From the NCBI GenBank assembly GCA_965249275.1, contig CBDFLQ010000007.1, positions 672,001-736,000 of the forward strand: a stretch of 64,000 nt of DNA. The letters are read 5' to 3'. The notes beneath the pieces were generated by a model. It had not been told where the DNA came from. It made no database searches and saw only the letters and a program-made list of their open reading frames with translations. The DNA is from Dehalococcoidia bacterium. Lineage in GTDB: Bacteria; Chloroflexota; Dehalococcoidia; Plut-88900. A program made the position numbers and the translations under genes. Positions 29,933-39,352 of the stretch are shown here, piece by piece. Position 1 is the first letter of the stretch. The number at the start of each line of letters is the position of its first letter.

Positions 29933-31693
29933 CTATGTTTTCTCCCCTTCCGCCAGCCCTGCCAACACTTCCCTCACCGACTCCATCGGAATGTCGTCTC
30001 TGATCACCGGCTTCCCGATATCCTCCAGCAGAACCCAGCGGATCGCCTTACCCCGCACCTTCTTGTCCAGGAACATCGCTTCTATCAACCTGTCTGCATC
30101 AAGGTCGGGCATCGACGTTGGCAGCCCGAACTTCTTCAGCAAACCCGAGAGCCGATCCACCACCTCATCCCCCAACTCCGCATGCTTCCTGCTTAACCTC
30201 GCCGCCCCCACTGCCCCGATGGACACCGCCTCTCCGTGCAGCAAAGTACCGTATTCTGTCGCTGCTTCCAGGGCGTGCCCTATGGTATGCCCGAAGTTGA
30301 GTATCATCCTCCACCCGGCTTCCTTCTCATCGCCGCTCACCACCTTGCCCTTCAGCCCCGAGCTCCGCTTCACTATCTCCGTCGTAATCTCAGGGTCCAG
30401 GGCCAATACCTTCTCCAAGTCCCCCTCCAGCATGTCCAGCATCTCCGGGTCCATGATCATCCCGTGCTTTATCGTCTCCGCCCACCCCGACGCCAACTCC
30501 CGAGCCGGCAGCGTCGCCAAAGTCTCCACGTCCGATAACACCATTCGAGGCTGGTAGAACGCTCCGATCAGGTTCTTGGCTCGCGGGTGGTTTATTGCAA
30601 CCTTCCCACCTATCGCCGAGTCCGTCATAGCCAAAAGGCTCGTCGGAGCGTGTACTAGAGGCACGCCTCGCAGGAACGTCGCTGCAGCGTATCCGGCCAG
30701 GTCACCCGCTACCCCACCCCCCAGCGCCACCACCGTGCTGCCCCGCTCCAACCTCTGCTCCACCATCCAGTCGTATACTCTGGAGAGCGCATCCTCAGAC
30801 TTGCTCCGTTCCCCGGCAGGCACGGCATAGCTTGCCGCCTCAAACCCCGCCAACCTCAGAGACTCCAGTGCTTTCACCCCGTGAATCTCATAAACTGCGG
30901 CGTCGGATATCAAAGCCGCCTTCCCTGAAAGCCCCAGGTTCCTCATCCGCTGGCCCAGATCAGAAAGAGTTCCCCACCCGACGAACACCGGGTATCTTCC
31001 CCCAGGCGTCTCTACAACGAAGGAAGCTCCCATGTCCCGGCAGTACGGTGCCTCCGACTCCCGTCCAAGCGATCCCAATGGAGGAAACACCGAGCCTGCT
31101 TCTTTCCGCCGCCCGAACCTGCGCTGCGCGTATCGGACTCCCCTGATTACTTCCCTCACCACTTCTTCAGTCGTCAGGTCGTCAGTGTGTACGGTCCAGT
31201 CGGCAGTTGCGTAAAAGCGCTGCCGGTACTCCTTCAGCGCCTCGATCCTCTTCTTCGGATCGTCTCCCTCCAGCAGCGGGCGCACCTGCCCTTTCGATTC
31301 GTCCCCCAGGTGCCTTTTCAATCTACCGTAGAGGAAGTCCGGCTTTGCTTCCAGGCACACGATCACGCCACTCTTTGCCATCGCCGCTCGGTTGCCCGGG
31401 GCCAGGGGCACCCCACCCCCCGTCGACACGATCAGCCTCTTCTGGCCGCTGATCTCCTCCAGCAGCTCCTTCTCCCTCGACCTGAATCCCGGCTCACCCT
31501 CTCGACGAAATATCTCCGGTATCGGCGACCCCGTCCTTGCGACTATCTCGTCGTCCATGTCTACATGCTTCCGACGCATCCGCCTCGCCAACCGATGTCC
31601 GATGGCCGACTTACCGCTCCCCGAAAACCCGATCAGGTATACGTTCCAGTCCCCGATCTTAATTTGACCTCGATTATTCATGCGCGTCCGCAA
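29933..31693 (-). CDS. aroKB: Fused shikimate kinase / 3-dehydroquinate synthase
   Basis: N-terminal GFSGSGKS, STGGG, RPLL; C-terminal GGGVAGD, PTSLLAMTDSAIGGK, LNFGHTIGHALE; start may be ATG 31681. Confidence 0.93.
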   Translation of the reverse strand: MRTRMNNRGQIKIGDWNVYLIGFSGSGKSAIGHRLARRMRRKHVDMDDEIVARTGSPIPEIFRREGEPGFRSREKELLEEISGQKRLIVSTGGGVPLAPGNRAAMAKSGVIVCLEAKPDFLYGRLKRHLGDESKGQVRPLLEGDDPKKRIEALKEYRQRFYATADWTVHTDDLTTEEVVREVIRGVRYAQRRFGRRKEAGSVFPPLGSLGRESEAPYCRDMGASFVVETPGGRYPVFVGWGTLSDLGQRMRNLGLSGKAALISDAAVYEIHGVKALESLRLAGFEAASYAVPAGERSKSEDALSRVYDWMVEQRLERGSTVVALGGGVAGDLAGYAAATFLRGVPLVHAPTSLLAMTDSAIGGKVAINHPRAKNLIGAFYQPRMVLSDVETLATLPARELASGWAETIKHGMIMDPEMLDMLEGDLEKVLALDPEITTEIVKRSSGLKGKVVSGDEKEAGWRMILNFGHTIGHALEAATEYGTLLHGEAVSIGAVGAARLSRKHAELGDEVVDRLSGLLKKFGLPTSMPDLDADRLIEAMFLDKKVRGKAIRWVLLEDIGKPVIRDDIPMESVREVLAGLAEGEKT

Positions 31694-31747
31694 TCAAGAG
31701 ATTCAATGAAAATACTCGCGCTTGCCGGGTCTTGCTTTGATTCGACG

Positions 31748-32938
31748 CTAGGACTCCGCGGTCGCCCCCGACCCGACCGGCGCTTCCACAGTCTGCAAAT
31801 AAGCCCTGCAGTTCCGCACCGTCTCCTCGACATGATCGCCACCGAATTTCTCCATTACCGCGTCCGCCAGCACTATGGCCATCATCGCCTCGCCGACTAT
31901 ACCCCCTGGCGGAGCCTGACAAACGTCGCTCCGCTCATAGTGGGCCTGAATCTTCTCACCCGTTGCCAGGTCTACCGAGGGAAGCGGTTTTGCCAGTGTC
32001 GATATCGGTTTGATAGCCACCCGTACCACGATGTCCTCACCATTGCTCATCCCTCCCTCGATACCCCCCGCCCGATTCGACATCCGCTTCCACTTCCGCT
32101 CCCGTAACCCGTCGAAAGGTTCTATAACATCGTGCACCAGCGACCCCACCATCTGCGCCTGCTCGAACCCCGGCCCAATCTCGACGCCCTTCACCGCATT
32201 GATGCTCATCATGGCCTGCGCCAGGTTGGCATCAAGCTTCCTGTCCCAGTGCACGTGGCTGCCCAGTCCTATCGGCGCCCCCGACGCCACCACCTGAAAC
32301 ACCCCACCCACCGTGTCCCCCGACTCTTTTGCATCATCTATCGCCCCTATCATCCTCTGTTCAACATTCGGCTCATGGCACCGCACCACCGACTCCTCCA
32401 CCACCCCCCAGTCCTCCGGCATCGGGTTCTTCACCCCGTGTCCGGCTATGGACAGCGTGTTGCTATGAATCTCAACCGAAAGCTCGCTCAGTAGAGCCCT
32501 GCACACTGCGCCCACCGCCACCCGAGCCGCCGTCTCCCTGGCGCTGGCCCGTTCCAGGATGTTACGTACGTCGTTCTGCTTATACTTCAGGATGCCCGGC
32601 ATGTCGGCGTGGCCCGGCCTCAGCCGCGTCACCTTCTTCACCTGCCAGTTTACAGCCTCGACCGCCATTACCTCTTGCCAATTCTCCCAGTCCCTGTTTT
32701 GGATCCACAACCCTATCGGGCTACCCAGCGTCATCCCGTGCCTCACCCCCGACTTGATCAGCGCCCGATCCTTCTCTATCTTCATCCGACCCCCGCGCCC
32801 GTACCCCTTCTGCCGACGCGCCAGGTCCTTCTGGATGTAGTCTTCACTCAGGGAAAGCCCTGCGGGTATCCCCTCAATAATGATCGAGAGTCCCTGTCCG
32901 TGGGACTCTCCGCTGGTCAGAAACCTTATTTTGCTCAT
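31748..32938 (-). CDS. aroC: Chorismate synthase
   Basis: TSGESHG, RPGHAD, ERASARETA, GGIEGG, ERSD. Confidence 0.98.
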   Translation of the reverse strand: MSKIRFLTSGESHGQGLSIIIEGIPAGLSLSEDYIQKDLARRQKGYGRGGRMKIEKDRALIKSGVRHGMTLGSPIGLWIQNRDWENWQEVMAVEAVNWQVKKVTRLRPGHADMPGILKYKQNDVRNILERASARETAARVAVGAVCRALLSELSVEIHSNTLSIAGHGVKNPMPEDWGVVEESVVRCHEPNVEQRMIGAIDDAKESGDTVGGVFQVVASGAPIGLGSHVHWDRKLDANLAQAMMSINAVKGVEIGPGFEQAQMVGSLVHDVIEPFDGLRERKWKRMSNRAGGIEGGMSNGEDIVVRVAIKPISTLAKPLPSVDLATGEKIQAHYERSDVCQAPPGGIVGEAMMAIVLADAVMEKFGGDHVEETVRNCRAYLQTVEAPVGSGATAES

Positions 32939-33777
32939 CTATTTGCCATCGCTTCTCGCGCCGCCGAGAACATCACGCCCACCGGGGCCCAACGCCTGAG
33001 CCACAGCTCGAACGCCTCCGCCCCTTGAAATACCAGCATCGGCAGCCCGCCCAATGTCTGCGCCCCGGCCTCCTTGGCCTGCTTCAGCAGCACGGTCTCT
33101 TCAGGATTATATATCAGGTCGTATACCAGGGCTCCGGGCACGAGCCGGTCTTTACTCACCGGCGATGCATCCTCTACCGACGTGTGCCGCATCCCTACCG
33201 ACGTGCCGTTGACCAGTAAGTCGTACTTGTATCCTTCTGGTATCTCTCCCATCACCGACACTTTCACATCTGGATATGCCGCCGAAACCTCTTCCCCCAA
33301 CCTCTCAGCCCGGACAACAGTCCGATTCACCAGCATCATCGATGCAACCGTCTCCCCCGCCAATCCAAAGGCCACGGCCCTGCCCGCTCCCCCCGTCCCC
33401 ACCACTACCACGTCTTTGCCCCGTGGCTCGAATCCGCCGTTCTCCCTCAACCCTCGCAGAAAGCCCGGGGCATCAGTGTTGTGCCCCGTCAGCCTGCCCC
33501 CTCGCGAAACTATAGTGTTTACGCTGCCTATCTTCCTTGCCGTATCGCTTATCTCGTCCAGGAGAGGCATCACCGCCTCCTTGTGAGGGATGGTCACACT
33601 CGACCCGAGCACTCCATCGGAGCGGAAGCTTTCCAACCGCTTCTCTAGGTCCTCTGGTGCAGTCTCCCAACCCTCGTACCGGGCGTCGATTCCCAAGGCG
33701 TCCAGAGCCGCCTGCTGGAACACGGGAGAGATCGAATGCCCAAGTGGATACCCTATGATCCCGAGGGACTTGCTCAT
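32935..33777 (-). CDS. aroE: Shikimate dehydrogenase
   Basis: GHSISP, VTIPHK, NTD, GTGGAG, DLIYNP. Confidence 0.96.
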   Translation of the reverse strand: MSKSLGIIGYPLGHSISPVFQQAALDALGIDARYEGWETAPEDLEKRLESFRSDGVLGSSVTIPHKEAVMPLLDEISDTARKIGSVNTIVSRGGRLTGHNTDAPGFLRGLRENGGFEPRGKDVVVVGTGGAGRAVAFGLAGETVASMMLVNRTVVRAERLGEEVSAAYPDVKVSVMGEIPEGYKYDLLVNGTSVGMRHTSVEDASPVSKDRLVPGALVYDLIYNPEETVLLKQAKEAGAQTLGGLPMLVFQGAEAFELWLRRWAPVGVMFSAAREAMANR

Positions 33778-34217
33778 AGGCTATCAACCGGATGGGGGGC
33801 TCCCATGCTCCGTGTCCCCTGAAGATACTCCCGGAGAATTACCGCCGCCGCCACCGAGTCCCGCTTCCCCTTCTTCCGCCCTCGTTTCACACCCGACTCC
33901 CCCATTATCCTATCCGCCGCCGCTGACGAGTAGCTTTCGTCCCACATCCTCACCGGCTTCGATATCCGCTCAGCCAGCAGGTCCGTAAACGTTCGTATCT
34001 TCCGCGCCTGTGGCCCGACCTCCCCATCCAGCGAAACCGGCGTACCCACCACCACCTCCCCAACGCCTTCCAGTTCCACCAACTCCGCTATCTTCTCTAT
34101 CGCCGCTGCACGGGTCCCGGCCCTTATTGTGGTAAGCGGTTCTACTACGGTGCCCGTCGGATCGCTCACTGCCACACCAATCCTGACGTCCCCGACATCA
34201 AGACCCAGCGACCTCAC
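33774..34217 (-). CDS. ruvX: YqgF/RuvX pre-16S rRNA nuclease
   Basis: GLDVGDVRIGVAVSD, WDESYSS, DSVAAAVIL; follows alaS. Confidence 0.92.
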   Translation of the reverse strand: MRSLGLDVGDVRIGVAVSDPTGTVVEPLTTIRAGTRAAAIEKIAELVELEGVGEVVVGTPVSLDGEVGPQARKIRTFTDLLAERISKPVRMWDESYSSAAADRIMGESGVKRGRKKGKRDSVAAAVILREYLQGTRSMGAPHPVDSL

Positions 34218-34219
34218 CC

Positions 34220-36919
34220 TTAGTTCCCACCCTCTCTCACCAACCTCGCCACCTCATCCAACGCCGCCGACACCTTGCTCTTGTCCTTTCCCCCCGCCTG
34301 CGCCATCTCCGGGGTCCCACCCCCACCCCCTCCCGCTACCTTCGCCACCCTCTTCACGATATTCCCGGCGTGTAAACCCTTGGCCGCCAGGTCAGGCGTC
34401 GCCATGGCAACGAACATCGGCCTGTCGTTTATCACCGACGCCAGCACCACGAACACGCTCCCCAGCTTAGCCTTCAGAAAGTCGCCCATCTCCCGCATCG
34501 TCTCGACATTCGGCGCATCCACCCGGGCCGCGACCACCTGCGCCCCGTCCACATCCTGCACCCGGCCCAGCAGTCCCTCTGCCTCCCGACGCGCCGCATC
34601 CCGCTCCAGCCTGTCCGCCCGCCTGCGCTCCGCGTCTCGCTCTTCTACTAAGGCCGCGACCTTATCGACGATCTCTTCCGCCGGTGATTTCAGTTGTGCC
34701 GATAGCTCTTCAACGAGGTCGTAGCGCCGCACCAGCAGGTCCTGCACCGAGCCCCCAGTCACCGCTTCGATCCTCCTCAGCCCTGACCCTATGCTCCCCT
34801 CATCCGTTACCTGGAAGTTCCACACCTCTCCCGTACGGCCGACGTGCGTCCCTCCGCAAACCTCGAAGCTGAATCTGTCATCCCCATCCCCCATCGACAC
34901 CAGCCTGACCACGTCCGGATACTTGTCCCCGAAGAATGCCAGCGCGCCCCTGGAAATCGCCTCCGGATACGGGGCCTCGTCGTTGGTAATCTGAAGGTCG
35001 GAGCTAATCTTTTCATTCACCAGGTTTCGGATGTCGTGGAGGTCGGCTCTCCCCAGCCCGACCGGATGCGTGAAGTCGAACCTCAACCTGTCTGGCGCAA
35101 CCAGCGACCCCGCCTGCCTGACGTGCTGCCCGAGCACTTGCCTCAGAGCAGCGTGAAGCAAGTGCGTCGCCGTGTGGTTCCTCGCCGACTCCCTCCGGTG
35201 TCCCGGGTCCACTGTCATCGTCACCGGGTCCCCGACAACCATCTCTCCATCCACAACCCTCCCCCGATGCACGTAGAACCCCAACATCGTAGCCTGCGTG
35301 TCCTCGACAATAATCCGGCCGGCCGGCCCCGTGATCTCCCCCCTGTCCCCGACCTGCCCCCCACCCTCCGCGTAGAAGGGCGTCTCCATCGTCACCACTT
35401 CCAACTCCTCGCCTCCCCCAACCCTCTGCACCGACACCCCTTCCCTCAGCAGCCCCACCACCACCGACTCCCCAGCCAGCGTCTCATATCCTGTGAACCG
35501 TGTCGCACCTAGCCCCACCGCCGCATACGCCTCCGACATCTTGTCCTTGCGGAACGACTGGGCTGCCCTCCCCCGCTCCCTCTGCGCCTCCATCTCCCTC
35601 TCAAACCCCTCCATATCCACCGCGAACCCCTCTTCGGCCGCCACCTCTTCTGTGAGTTCCGGCGGGAACCCGTATGTGTCGTATAGCCTGAAAACGTCCC
35701 GTCCCCCGATAACTCGCTTCCCAACGTCATGTGGTTCCTCCTCAATCGGTGTCGGCGGGATTATCTCAACTTTGCCAAGTTTGATTTCTAACGTTCCTAC
35801 GTTGATTGTGAGATTCTTTACTTCGATCATCCCCGCGTCCAAAGTGTCGTGGAACCGAGATTCTTCCTGCTCAATCACATTCAAGATGAACTCCCGGTTC
35901 CTCTCCAGGTCCGGGTACGCCTCCCTCATATTCTCGATAACCGTCTCGGCTATAGTCACCAGCACCGGCTCCCGAACCCCGAGTTTCCGCGCAAACGTCA
36001 CGGCCCGACGCAATATCCTCCGTAGCACGTACCCCCGGCCCTCATTCCCCGGCACCACGCCGTCGCTGATCAGGAAAGTCGTCCCTCGGGCGTGCTCCGC
36101 CAGCACCCGCATCGCCGCATCCGTTTCCTTGTCCGACCCATACGTGCGCCCGGTCACCTCCGACACTTTCCCCATGATCGCCTGGAACCCGTCAGTCTCG
36201 TAGACGTTCGTAACGCCCTGCATTATCGCCGCCGTCCGCTCCAGCCCCATCCCCGTGTCGATGTTCCCGCTAGGCAGGGGTGTCCGATTGCCCTCCGTGT
36301 CCTGGTAGTACTCGGTGAGCACAAGGTTGTAGAACTCGGTGAACCGGTTGCAATCGCAGGCCGGGCCGCAGTCCGGCTTGCCGCACGAAAGCTCCTTCCC
36401 GAAATCGTAGTAGATCTCTGTGCACGGCCCGCACGGCCCCGAGTCCCCCGGCGGCCCCCACCAATTCTCGCTCTCGTCGTACCGTACTAGCCGTTCTTCC
36501 GGCACCCCCAGTTCCCGCCACAGCTCGTACGACTCGTCGTCACTCAGAAAAACGCTTACCCATAGCTTTTCCGGCGGCAGTTTCAGCCGCTTGGTCACCA
36601 GTTCCCACGCCCACTCTATCGCCTCCTTCTTGAAATAGTCCGCAACACTGAAGTTGCCCAGCATTTCGAAGAAGGTCAGGTGGTCTGCATCCCCCACGGA
36701 GTCGATGTCCGTGGTCCGGAAGCACTTCTGGCACGAGGCCAGCCGAGGCGCGGGGGCCTTGGCCTCCCCCGTGAAAAATGGCTTGACCTGCACCACCCCG
36801 GCGCTGGTCAACAGCAGAGTCGGGTCTCCAATGGGTATCAGGGACGAGCTTGGTATGACCAGGTGCCCCTTCGATTCATAAAAGGACAGGAATGCTCGCC
36901 TTAGCTCGTCGCTGTTCAA
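34220..36919 (-). CDS. alaS: Alanine--tRNA ligase
   Basis: TFFEMLGNFS, DTGMGLER, LYDTYGFP, HTATHLLH, EVCGGTHV. Confidence 0.99.
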   Translation of the reverse strand: MNSDELRRAFLSFYESKGHLVIPSSSLIPIGDPTLLLTSAGVVQVKPFFTGEAKAPAPRLASCQKCFRTTDIDSVGDADHLTFFEMLGNFSVADYFKKEAIEWAWELVTKRLKLPPEKLWVSVFLSDDESYELWRELGVPEERLVRYDESENWWGPPGDSGPCGPCTEIYYDFGKELSCGKPDCGPACDCNRFTEFYNLVLTEYYQDTEGNRTPLPSGNIDTGMGLERTAAIMQGVTNVYETDGFQAIMGKVSEVTGRTYGSDKETDAAMRVLAEHARGTTFLISDGVVPGNEGRGYVLRRILRRAVTFARKLGVREPVLVTIAETVIENMREAYPDLERNREFILNVIEQEESRFHDTLDAGMIEVKNLTINVGTLEIKLGKVEIIPPTPIEEEPHDVGKRVIGGRDVFRLYDTYGFPPELTEEVAAEEGFAVDMEGFEREMEAQRERGRAAQSFRKDKMSEAYAAVGLGATRFTGYETLAGESVVVGLLREGVSVQRVGGGEELEVVTMETPFYAEGGGQVGDRGEITGPAGRIIVEDTQATMLGFYVHRGRVVDGEMVVGDPVTMTVDPGHRRESARNHTATHLLHAALRQVLGQHVRQAGSLVAPDRLRFDFTHPVGLGRADLHDIRNLVNEKISSDLQITNDEAPYPEAISRGALAFFGDKYPDVVRLVSMGDGDDRFSFEVCGGTHVGRTGEVWNFQVTDEGSIGSGLRRIEAVTGGSVQDLLVRRYDLVEELSAQLKSPAEEIVDKVAALVEERDAERRRADRLERDAARREAEGLLGRVQDVDGAQVVAARVDAPNVETMREMGDFLKAKLGSVFVVLASVINDRPMFVAMATPDLAAKGLHAGNIVKRVAKVAGGGGGGTPEMAQAGGKDKSKVSAALDEVARLVREGGN

Positions 36920-36984
36920 CTCTGCCCTTTTCCTTGGGTAGGACCCAATCCGACCTTTGTCTCGCCAATTTCAACTGCCTCACG

Positions 36985-37013
36985 ATTGTAGGCAAACCCC
37001 ATACCTCAGTCAA
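36985..37013 (-). promoter_or_regulatory. Sigma70 promoter of the alaS operon
   Basis: Minus-strand TTGACT-17nt-TACAAT. Confidence 0.6.
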
Positions 37014-37082
37014 CGAACCCTTACATCTGCGTAATTCCCCCAAACCGGATTGCGAAGTACGCCATATCCAAGGGTGGGACAG

Positions 37083-37249
37083 CCCGCTCGTGCTGTCGCA
37101 GGTGGACCATGCGCCTGTAGAGGATCCGCTTCGGCGGGAACCTGCTGAAAGTGGACCATCCGCCTATGGAGGGTCCGCTTATAGAGGATCGAAGTATGAG
37201 CGGGGGGAGTGGGGCCGCTCGTGCTGAGCCCGTCGAAGTATGAGCGGGG
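37083..37249. repeat. Tandem family C REPs, the first expanded by doubly nested hairpin inserts
   Basis: 37083-37204 is CCCGCTCGTGCTG...TCGAAGTATGAGCGGG with two ~43-nt inserts, each holding a GTGGACCAT..GAGG sub-insert; 37211-37249 is the basic form. Confidence 0.85.
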
Positions 37250-37360
37250 AGGGGTACCGCACCCCATAAATACCAATCGACACCCCTAACCGTGTCATGG
37301 GGTAATGCAGCCACTCCCCGCACCCCATGCTATAATCCAAACCCTAAAAGGGAGGCGGCT

Positions 37361-38341
37361 TTGCCCTACCAACGAGACCTTCTGCCCTCGTTCGCCGGTA
37401 TCAACACCTTCGCCCGTGCCCCGCAGGCCGGATTCGAGGATGTCGGGCCCGGTTGCGTCGCCGTCTTAGGCGTCCCCCACGACGGCTCCTCCACCTCCCG
37501 CCAGGGCGTTAGGCAGGGCCCCCGGGCTATCCGGGAAGCCAGCGCCGACTTCATCTACGAACTCCAGGCCTCCGAGGCTGGTGCCCTCATCGACGTCATA
37601 TCAGGCCGGGTGCTCCACCTCCCCCAACCCTCGACCCTTCTCGACCTCGGAGACCTCACCCTTTCTCCTCTGGACCTTCCCGGCAACCTGGATGCTTGCC
37701 GATCCGCCTTCTCCCGCATCGCCGAAGCCGGTGCCTGCCCCGTCGCCCTCGGCGGCGACCGCTTTATCACATTCCCCCTCCTTGAGGGCGTGAAGGCCGG
37801 ATCGGGCCGCAGCCTCGGCCTGATACGCATCTCCGCTGAACTCTCCCTCGCCGACCCCGATTCCCAATACGGCCCCGATTGGTCCGGCGCTTCTATCCGC
37901 CGCATCCTGGACGCCGGCGGCGTCGAGGCCCGTAACACAGTATTAGTCGGGACCCAGGGCTATATACCCTACCGGGAGTGGGAGTACGCTCGCTCACAGG
38001 GCGTCACCGTAATAACCGCCGACTCAGTGAAAGCCGAGGGCCTCGAGGCAACAGTGCGCCGGGCGTTGGAAATCGCAGGACAGGACTGCGAAGCCGTCTA
38101 CCTCAGCCTCGACATCGGCGTTGTCGACTCCGGCTATGCATCCGGTACCGCCGAAGTTGTAGTCGGTGGCCTTATTCCCCGCGACCTGCTCGCTATCATG
38201 CGCGAGCTTTCCGCATTCCCCAGGGTCGCCGCCCTTGACGTAGTAGAGGTAGCCCCCGGTCTCGACGTCCGAGGACGCTCCGAACGCCTCGCTGCCCAGG
38301 CCATTATCGAACTTATTGCACCCCCCGTTTTCGGGGCGTAA
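37361..38341 (+). CDS. Ureohydrolase (arginase/agmatinase) fold protein A, metal ligands lost
   Basis: TTG after GGAGG and TGCTATAAT extended -10; GPRAIR; GGDR, ISAELS and DIGVVD replace GGDH, DxHxD and DxD. Confidence 0.85.
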   Translation: MPYQRDLLPSFAGINTFARAPQAGFEDVGPGCVAVLGVPHDGSSTSRQGVRQGPRAIREASADFIYELQASEAGALIDVISGRVLHLPQPSTLLDLGDLTLSPLDLPGNLDACRSAFSRIAEAGACPVALGGDRFITFPLLEGVKAGSGRSLGLIRISAELSLADPDSQYGPDWSGASIRRILDAGGVEARNTVLVGTQGYIPYREWEYARSQGVTVITADSVKAEGLEATVRRALEIAGQDCEAVYLSLDIGVVDSGYASGTAEVVVGGLIPRDLLAIMRELSAFPRVAALDVVEVAPGLDVRGRSERLAAQAIIELIAPPVFGA

Positions 38342-38354
38342 CCCCGAGACCCTT

Positions 38355-39338
38355 ATGACCACACAGTCGGCCCCCGTATCCACACCCGGCATTTCCACCT
38401 TCATGGACCTGCCCCGAGGCGACTTGGAGCACCTCAAAGAAGGTATGGCTGCAATCTGCGGCGTCTCCTATGACCTGTCCTGCACTACTAAGATTGGGTC
38501 GAGGTTTGGCCCACGAGCCATCCGGGATAGCTCCGGTTATTACGCCGGCGCATTCTCCCGCTCCGACCTCGTTGAAATCACTACCGGCGACCGCATGAGC
38601 GGCGACCGTCGCTCCCAAATTCTTGACCTCGGCGACTTCAACGCCTACCCCCTCGACTGGCCCCGCACAGAAAAAGAGCTCCGACGCTCCCTCTACGAAG
38701 TGTCCGCCACCGGTGCGACCCCCGTGATTCTCGGTGGCGATCACTTCGTCTCCTATCCCCTATGCCTCGGCTACGCCGACGCCATCCGCGAGCGCACCGG
38801 CCGCGGCATCGGCTACGTCCAACTTTCCAGCCGACTTGATCTCGGCACCCGAGACCCGGTCTGGGGAGACGTATGGCGTGGCGCAACCGCCCGGCGCATC
38901 CTGGACTCTGGGGCCGTTGCCCCGAAGAACATGGTCTGGATTGGCGTTAACGGCTACCTCCGCCGAGAGGAGTGGGACTTCGCCCAGGAAAGAGAGTTGT
39001 CCGTATTCACTCTCGAAGACGTGCGCCGCCGAGGCCTGCAGAACGTGGTCGAAAACGCAATGGAAATTGCAGGAGACGGATGCGACTCCGTCTACGTCAG
39101 CATCGACTTTGATGTGATGGACGGCGGTATCGTCGCCGCCACCTCAGACCCGTGCTTCGACGGCCTCACCAACGTCCAGCTTCTCAAAGCCGTCGACATC
39201 CTCCGCCGAAAGAAGGCCGGGGCCCTGGACCTTGTTGGCATGAATCCCACGGTGAATATGATTTCCGCCACCGGCCCCCGACTCGGGGCATGGATCGTCA
39301 TCCGGTTCCTCGCTGGAGAGGCCCTCGCCTATCCCTAG
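38355..39338 (+). CDS. Ureohydrolase fold protein B, degenerate metal site
   Basis: GGDH and DFDVMD kept; DxHxD replaced by SSRLD; DLVE changed to DLVG. Confidence 0.88.
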   Translation: MTTQSAPVSTPGISTFMDLPRGDLEHLKEGMAAICGVSYDLSCTTKIGSRFGPRAIRDSSGYYAGAFSRSDLVEITTGDRMSGDRRSQILDLGDFNAYPLDWPRTEKELRRSLYEVSATGATPVILGGDHFVSYPLCLGYADAIRERTGRGIGYVQLSSRLDLGTRDPVWGDVWRGATARRILDSGAVAPKNMVWIGVNGYLRREEWDFAQERELSVFTLEDVRRRGLQNVVENAMEIAGDGCDSVYVSIDFDVMDGGIVAATSDPCFDGLTNVQLLKAVDILRRKKAGALDLVGMNPTVNMISATGPRLGAWIVIRFLAGEALAYP

Positions 39339-39352
39339 GCCATGACTTAACT

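Noticed and set aside
37083-37249. Possible mini CRISPR array
   Set aside because: Repeats are dispersed REP-type palindromes, there are no unique regularly sized spacers, and no cas genes are present
37000-37360. Guanidine riboswitch upstream of the ureohydrolases
   Set aside because: No paired ACGR-loop hairpins or ykkC-type motifs seen; the -10 box lies only ~25 nt before the start codon
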